From NCBI GenBank assembly GCA_964291475.2, contig OZ220066.1, forward strand, positions 35,726-99,725: a stretch of DNA of 64,000 bases. Direction: 5' to 3'. The notes under the pieces were generated by a model. The model ran no database searches and was not told the origin of the DNA. It saw nothing but the letters and a program-made list of their open reading frames with translations. The stretch comes from Dehalococcoidia bacterium (lineage in GTDB: Bacteria > Chloroflexota > Dehalococcoidia > SHYB01). Of this stretch, positions 57,904 through 64,000 are shown in pieces (the first letter of the stretch is position 1; every line of letters begins with the position of its first letter). The position numbers and the translations under genes were made by a program.

Positions 57904-59355
57904 ATGGCGGCGGTGACGAGCAAGTCGGCGACGATTCGCGCCAAGCTGGACCATCCCATCATCGATTCCGATGGGCACCTCATCGAGGTGACCCCTGTCC
58001 TCCACGACTACATCCGCGCCGAGGGCGGGGAGAGCGTCCTCCAACGGGTGAAGCGGAACTCGGACTTCAAGCACTGGACGCAGGTCTCGTCCGATGAGCG
58101 GAGCGACGCCCGGACGACGGCCATCACCTGGTGGCTGGCCCCGACCAAGAACGGGCTCGACCGCGCCACCGCCATGATCCCCCGCCTCCTCGCCGAGCGC
58201 CTCGACGACCTCGGCCTCGACTTCTGCGTGCTCTACCCCTCCGGCGGGTTGGGCTATCCGCGTCTGCCCGACGAAGAGCTCCGCCGCGTCTGCTGCCGCG
58301 CCTACAACAAGTACGTCGCCGACACCTACGGCCCCTACTCCGCGCAACTGACCCCGGCGGCGCTCATCCCGCTGCACAACCCCGAAGAGGGCATCGAGGA
58401 GATGGAGTTCGCGGTGCGGGAGCTTGGCCTGAAGGTCGCCATGATCGCGGGTCACGTCCGCCGGCCCATCCGGCAGGTGCTGCGCGAGCACCCCGGCGCG
58501 GTGGCGCAGTACGGCTCATGGTACGACGTCTTCGGCGAGGACAGCGAGCACGACTACGATCCCTTCTGGGCGAAATCCATCGAACTTGGGATGCCCCTCG
58601 CCACCCACACCGGCGGCTTCGGCTTCACCAACAATTCGAACATCAACAACTTCATGCAGAACCACCTCGGCCACTTCGCCAACGCGGGGAACCTGCTCTG
58701 CAAGTCGCTGTTCTTCAGCGGCGTCACCCACCGCTTCCCCAAGATGCGCATGGCCTTTCTCGAGTGCGGCGCGGGATGGGCCGCCGACCTCTACGCCGGC
58801 ATCGTCGCCCGCTGGGAGAAGCGCAACCCGGAGACCCTGCAGAACGTCGACCCCCGCTATCTCGACGAGGACCGCATCATGGAGCTCTTCGCCGCCTACG
58901 CCGACGAGAAGGCGTTGGGCAGGCTCGAAGAGATTAAGGAGTCGTTGCGGACGCCGAGCGTGTTCGCCACCCACAACGCGCCCGAGGAGCTCAACGACTT
59001 CGCCCGCGCCGGCATCGCCAAGCCCGAAGACATCCGCGACCGTTTCATCCCCAACTTCTTCTTCGGCTGCGAGGCCGACGACCCCATGAACGCCGCCGCC
59101 TTCAATCCAAAGATCGCGCCCTTCGGCGCGAAGGTGGGCGCGCTGCTCAGCTCCGACATCGGCCACTGGGACGTCATCGACATGCGCGACGTGGTCGAGG
59201 AGGCCTACGAGATGGTGGAGGACGGCCTCATGACGGCGGACGACTTCCGCGACTTCACCTTCGGCAACCCGCTCCGCTTCTTCACCGACCTCAACCCCGC
59301 CTTCTTCGACGGCACCGCCATCGAAGGAGCGGGGAGAGCGGCGCTGGGACGCTGA
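57904..59355 (+). CDS. Large amidohydrolase-2 protein, paralogue 4 of 4
   Basis: Same motifs as the other paralogues; ATG 57904. Confidence 0.9.
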   Translation: MAAVTSKSATIRAKLDHPIIDSDGHLIEVTPVLHDYIRAEGGESVLQRVKRNSDFKHWTQVSSDERSDARTTAITWWLAPTKNGLDRATAMIPRLLAERLDDLGLDFCVLYPSGGLGYPRLPDEELRRVCCRAYNKYVADTYGPYSAQLTPAALIPLHNPEEGIEEMEFAVRELGLKVAMIAGHVRRPIRQVLREHPGAVAQYGSWYDVFGEDSEHDYDPFWAKSIELGMPLATHTGGFGFTNNSNINNFMQNHLGHFANAGNLLCKSLFFSGVTHRFPKMRMAFLECGAGWAADLYAGIVARWEKRNPETLQNVDPRYLDEDRIMELFAAYADEKALGRLEEIKESLRTPSVFATHNAPEELNDFARAGIAKPEDIRDRFIPNFFFGCEADDPMNAAAFNPKIAPFGAKVGALLSSDIGHWDVIDMRDVVEEAYEMVEDGLMTADDFRDFTFGNPLRFFTDLNPAFFDGTAIEGAGRAALGR

Positions 59356-59370
59356 GCCTCCCTGCCTTCT

Positions 59371-59632
59371 GAGACCCTTGTGTAGCTGACTTGGCGGCTC
59401 CGTGGATGGCGGCGCACCCCTCCCGGCCCCCCGCCTCCGACGCGCCTACGGCGCGTGCCCTCTCTCAGTCTCCCCCAGAGGGGGAGAGGACGGGCGATTC
59501 GCGAATCGCCCTACAGGGGAGGGGAGAAGACCCCACCCGCACGCCTGGGCAACCACGAGGGTTGCCCCCTACATGGAAGGTCGCCTGCCAGCGCCGCGGG
59601 TTGCGCAAGGGTCTCCAGCGGGAGGGGGGAAG
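59371..59632. mobile_element. MITE-like composite with two internal GTAG-REPs
   Basis: GAGACCCTTGTGTAGC (59371) ... GTTGCGCAAGGGTCTC (59600-59615), followed by CAGCG-GGAGGGGG (half hairpin). Confidence 0.7.
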
Positions 59633-59878
59633 ACCGCCCGCGCACTCCTACTACCCGCCCCGCGGGCGCGTGCCCGCCCTCAGTCCCTCCATGGTTGCGA
59701 GGCACTCGCAACCGAAGGCTGCGATACTCGTGGGCCGTCGTCTTGGAGCGGACTTGAAGCAGCTACGGATGACGGATTGCGGTTCGGTTCGCAAGTGAAC
59801 TCCAACCTCCCGCGGCTTGGTCGGAAGCGGCGATAGGTATGGAACTTGTCCGGTGCGACAAGTTGCAAGGGCGCAACC

Positions 59879-60670
59879 CTAGTTGGTCTGACGTCGTGGC
59901 CGCGCCCGCCTCGCCCGCGGCCGGGCGATGGGGTCTTTAGAAGGCTCAGGCGTCAAGGTGTCCGGGCCTTCCCGCGAGCGGAACCACAACATCACCGTGA
60001 GCAGGAGCAGGACCGTTGCGGCAGCACCGATGCTCAGCACACCCCACGGTGACCAGTCCAACAATGGGTCCAACCTGCCCAACACATTGGCGACGAGCAC
60101 CATGAGGAAGGCCAACGACAGCCCGGCTGTGATCAGGCCGCCAAGCATCAGCGCCTCGAAAAGCACGATGCGCCGCCGATCGGCGGCGTCCGCGTCCTGG
60201 GACGCTAGTTGTTGGTCGAGCCTCCTCAGGCTGATGGTCCGGTACAAGGCTACCAGTCCCACCAGGGATCCAAGGAACAGCGTGGCTTGCCGGAGCTGCG
60301 GGTCGGCAACCTCCAAGCCGGCTTCCACACCGAAGAAGTTGAACCACTCGATTTGGTTGTGAGCCCATATGGCGGGGCCTTGGGGCAGGATGATCAACAG
60401 CGCCATCGACCAGAAGACGAGGCTGTTTGCACCCAGGGCGTGCAGCCCCCAGTAGGCGGCGACGCATAAGGGCACCGCTAAGGCCAACTCTCTGGACGCA
60501 TAGTCGGGGAAGCGCTCCGCCAGGGCCTCGGCCCAGGCGGATTGCTGCACTACCTCTGTCGAGAGGAAGTCCCATAGGCCGTAGGCTGACAGCAGCAGGA
60601 GGCCGGCCAGCAACAGCGATTCTGCGGCGGCTAGTCTCAACTGTGTCCCGTCGGTGCTACGTATAGGCAT
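59879..60670 (-). CDS. Hypothetical membrane protein
   Basis: About six hydrophobic segments; overlaps the DUF58 gene end. Confidence 0.7.
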   Translation of the reverse strand: MPIRSTDGTQLRLAAAESLLLAGLLLLSAYGLWDFLSTEVVQQSAWAEALAERFPDYASRELALAVPLCVAAYWGLHALGANSLVFWSMALLIILPQGPAIWAHNQIEWFNFFGVEAGLEVADPQLRQATLFLGSLVGLVALYRTISLRRLDQQLASQDADAADRRRIVLFEALMLGGLITAGLSLAFLMVLVANVLGRLDPLLDWSPWGVLSIGAAATVLLLLTVMLWFRSREGPDTLTPEPSKDPIARPRARRARPRRQTN

Positions 60671-61985
60671 TCAGGTGTCGTACCAGCGCCGAGGTGAACT
60701 CCTCACGCCTGGGCTGCCATTCGATTACGGACGCCCCCGCCTGGCGGAGCGTCCCCGCCACGACCCGGGTCTCCCATTTGGCGAGGGCAGGCGTCTGGGT
60801 GTCGTGCCGTGGCTCCTGCGGCCCCACGTGCACGACATGTACGGCGCCACTCCTTCGCGAGCGAGTCCTGAGGAATATCAGGCGGTTCACTCCTGCCATG
60901 AAGCGCTCGAGGGAGTCCGTGGCCTCTCCCGGCCTGGAATAGTGGACGTCCAAGCGCGTGATGATGAACACGTCCGGGCGCAACTGGAGCAGGAAGTCCT
61001 TGCACCACTCCACGGCTCGCACGAGGTCCTCTCGCGGCTGGCCCGACTTGAGGCCGGTCAGCATCCGCATGAGCCTGCTGAACTGTCTCCCTCCCGCTTC
61101 AGGCGAAAGCAACTCACCTCTGTCGCCGGAGGTGTTGTAGGCGTACGCTCCCAGGGTGGAGCCCATTGAGAGGTAGTACTGGGCCAGCGTGCCCGAAGCC
61201 TCCACCGTGTTCTCCAGTGGGCTCGACAGCGGCACTCCCACATCCATGTAGGCCGCCATGTCGAGGAACATCCAGGCGGCCCTTCGCGCTTCCGGCTCCG
61301 GCTCGTTGACCAGGGGGAGGTTGTCGCCTCGCGACCCGCGGGCGCTGGCCTTCCAGTTGATCCGCTTCATGGGGTCGCCCGGCTGATAGGGCCGGAGCTC
61401 TCGGAACTCGTTGGCGGCCACCCCTCTCATGGCGATGTCGCCGAGAAAGCGCTTGTTCTTGACGGTCGCACGGACCTCGTTGAGCCGTGTCACGCTCCGC
61501 ATCCTCGGGACCACGGAGATTTCGAAGCGCTCTTCGCTGAGACCGGCCGCCCCTCTCTTGATCTCGAAGGGAGCCCGAGACTCCCAGTTGCTGCGCTCCA
61601 GGACAAAGCGGCCCCGCCTGGGGAACTGGACTTCGTAGGAGATATCGAACGTCTTCTCGCCGAGCCACTTCCACACAACACGCAGGTTGTTGCCTCCTGC
61701 TACCCGTAGCTCGGGCGGGAGCACGTCGTGGACGAACACGGAACCGATGCCGCCCCGGACAGTTAGTCGACGGTCTACGGTAAGGACATCTCCCGCCCAG
61801 CAGGTCACGCGGGACACGCCTCTTTCGACGACGATGCCGGAAGGCGGCGATAGAGCCGTGGCGAGCAATGCCGAAAGCAGGACAAAGACGGCCCCGATGA
61901 GGAGCACGGCATTGCCCAAGCCCAACCCAAGCACGAGTAGGACCGAGGAGAGGGCGATCCAACTGGCTACGGACGGACGGAACAA
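60657..61985 (-). CDS. DUF58 domain protein
   Basis: EFRELRPYQPGDPMKRINWKASAR. Confidence 0.9.
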   Translation of the reverse strand: MFRPSVASWIALSSVLLVLGLGLGNAVLLIGAVFVLLSALLATALSPPSGIVVERGVSRVTCWAGDVLTVDRRLTVRGGIGSVFVHDVLPPELRVAGGNNLRVVWKWLGEKTFDISYEVQFPRRGRFVLERSNWESRAPFEIKRGAAGLSEERFEISVVPRMRSVTRLNEVRATVKNKRFLGDIAMRGVAANEFRELRPYQPGDPMKRINWKASARGSRGDNLPLVNEPEPEARRAAWMFLDMAAYMDVGVPLSSPLENTVEASGTLAQYYLSMGSTLGAYAYNTSGDRGELLSPEAGGRQFSRLMRMLTGLKSGQPREDLVRAVEWCKDFLLQLRPDVFIITRLDVHYSRPGEATDSLERFMAGVNRLIFLRTRSRRSGAVHVVHVGPQEPRHDTQTPALAKWETRVVAGTLRQAGASVIEWQPRREEFTSALVRHLNAYT

Positions 61986-61987
61986 GA

Positions 61988-62974
<987 letters not shown>

Positions 62975-63021
62975 CCGGTGGGCCGTACCTTTCCCGTCAT
63001 TTGGGTTTCTTGCGCTCGGCC

Positions 63022-64000
63022 TCAGGCCGTCGTGCTCGGCGATGGAGTTGAACCGTGAGTCTCGCTGCCAAGAAGGTAGGCGACCGCCTCATCGACCAGA
63101 TGAAGGCGTTGGAGCCTGTCTTGGCCCCGGCTTTCGTCCCGCCCCCACGGGGGGCGGAACCAATGCGGCGAAGGGCTTGGCGTGTTGACCAAGGGGAAAA
63201 GCCGGTCCGTCACCACTTCCAGATCGTCGCCCTTCTGACAATGGGCGGCTATCAATATCGCTGCCAGCGTCTCGGGATCGGCCCCCGTCTCGACGTAGGC
63301 GGCGGCGGCCCGTCGCACAGCCTTTTCGTCCAACGGTGGCAGCGGCCCTGCCGGTGTGGCCAAAGCCTGCTCGGCGGCCTGCAAGCACTCCGTCAGGGCG
63401 GCCATCCTCCTGGTCCTCGCTCGGTGCTGTTGACCCGGCAGTATCGAGGGCATTGAGGGGGCCGCGCAGGTGCGCAGGGGCCGGCCCACCGCGCGCACCG
63501 ATTCCAACGGCGCCTGGCTGCGGTAAAGCAGCCCTACCAAGTAGGTCCACAGCGGCTTCCAGTCGCCGTCTTGCACATAGCGTAGCTGGAACCGCGACAT
63601 GAGCTCTGATCGTGGGTCGGCCTTGACTTGCAGCAGCTGGCGATGGTGCGACCAGGCAAGCCATGAGGGCGGCGGAGCGTTGGGCTCATCAGCATCCCGC
63701 CTTACCACGTTGCCGATGCGCAGCAACGCCAAGAGCGTGAGCAGGAGAACCGTAAAGTACTCATATAGGGCGGCGAACCATAGGACTTCGTAGAGCAGGG
63801 GGCGCAGCAGAAGGCCATAGAACGCTAAGGAAGCCCCTAGCGCGAACCCCCTGATTTTGGACCCAGCGAGCCACCTCGCGATGTCGGCCACCAAGGGATT
63901 CGGGGAGTTGGAGAAGTAACTCGTCAACTGGATCACCGCCAAGAAAAAGAGACCGGCTGCGACCATGGCGCCGACCAAGGGATAGCCGTGCCCTAGAGGA
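63022..64000 (-). CDS. Hypothetical membrane protein (5' end beyond window)
   Basis: Open frame with several TM helices upstream of moxR. Confidence 0.65.
   Translation of the reverse strand, partial: PLGHGYPLVGAMVAAGLFFLAVIQLTSYFSNSPNPLVADIARWLAGSKIRGFALGASLAFYGLLLRPLLYEVLWFAALYEYFTVLLLTLLALLRIGNVVRRDADEPNAPPPSWLAWSHHRQLLQVKADPRSELMSRFQLRYVQDGDWKPLWTYLVGLLYRSQAPLESVRAVGRPLRTCAAPSMPSILPGQQHRARTRRMAALTECLQAAEQALATPAGPLPPLDEKAVRRAAAAYVETGADPETLAAILIAAHCQKGDDLEVVTDRLFPLVNTPSPSPHWFRPPWGRDESRGQDRLQRLHLVDEAVAYLLGSETHGSTPSPSTTA

Noticed and set aside
59740-59880. Hairpins downstream of the MoxR operon (AACTTGTC/GACAAGTT)
   Set aside because: Only short stems, consistent with a terminator region; not enough for an ncRNA call.

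Overview
High-GC bacterial chromosome segment. The ribosomal/SSB proteins, F420-type luciferase-like monooxygenases (LLMs), PT-linker lipoproteins and a GAAC-N4-GTTC box suggest Chloroflexota (Dehalococcoidia/SAR202-like); this is an inference. A short housekeeping block (parvulin PPIase, rpsF-ssb-rpsR, glyA, hisIE, tRNA-Pro) is followed by about 50 kb of catabolic paralogues (10 amidohydrolase-2 genes, 4 LLMs, 4 SDRs, 3 MFS, a fused CoA-transferase), interleaved with single defence-like genes of visibly lower GC (DUF4011-helicase-Vsr, NDT/TIR-like protein, hicBA), an IS481 and a MoxR-DUF58 operon. Signals the ORF track misses: (1) two selenoproteins split at in-frame TGA codons, each with a downstream SECIS-like hairpin: a UGSC protein heading a 5-gene operon and a peroxiredoxin with a non-canonical active site; (2) a tandem pair of ferritin-like proteins, one with an intact diiron site and one degenerate (alpha/beta oxygenase-like); (3) about 16 composite intergenic repeat loci containing a MITE that inserts into the loop of a REP-like hairpin with a 5-bp target duplication; (4) a LexA-boxed promoter driving a 3 x 60-nt repeat with no clear gene; (5) a roughly 270-nt multi-hairpin candidate ncRNA. 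The 45.2-50.1 kb zone is full of single-base deletions, probably long-read consensus errors.
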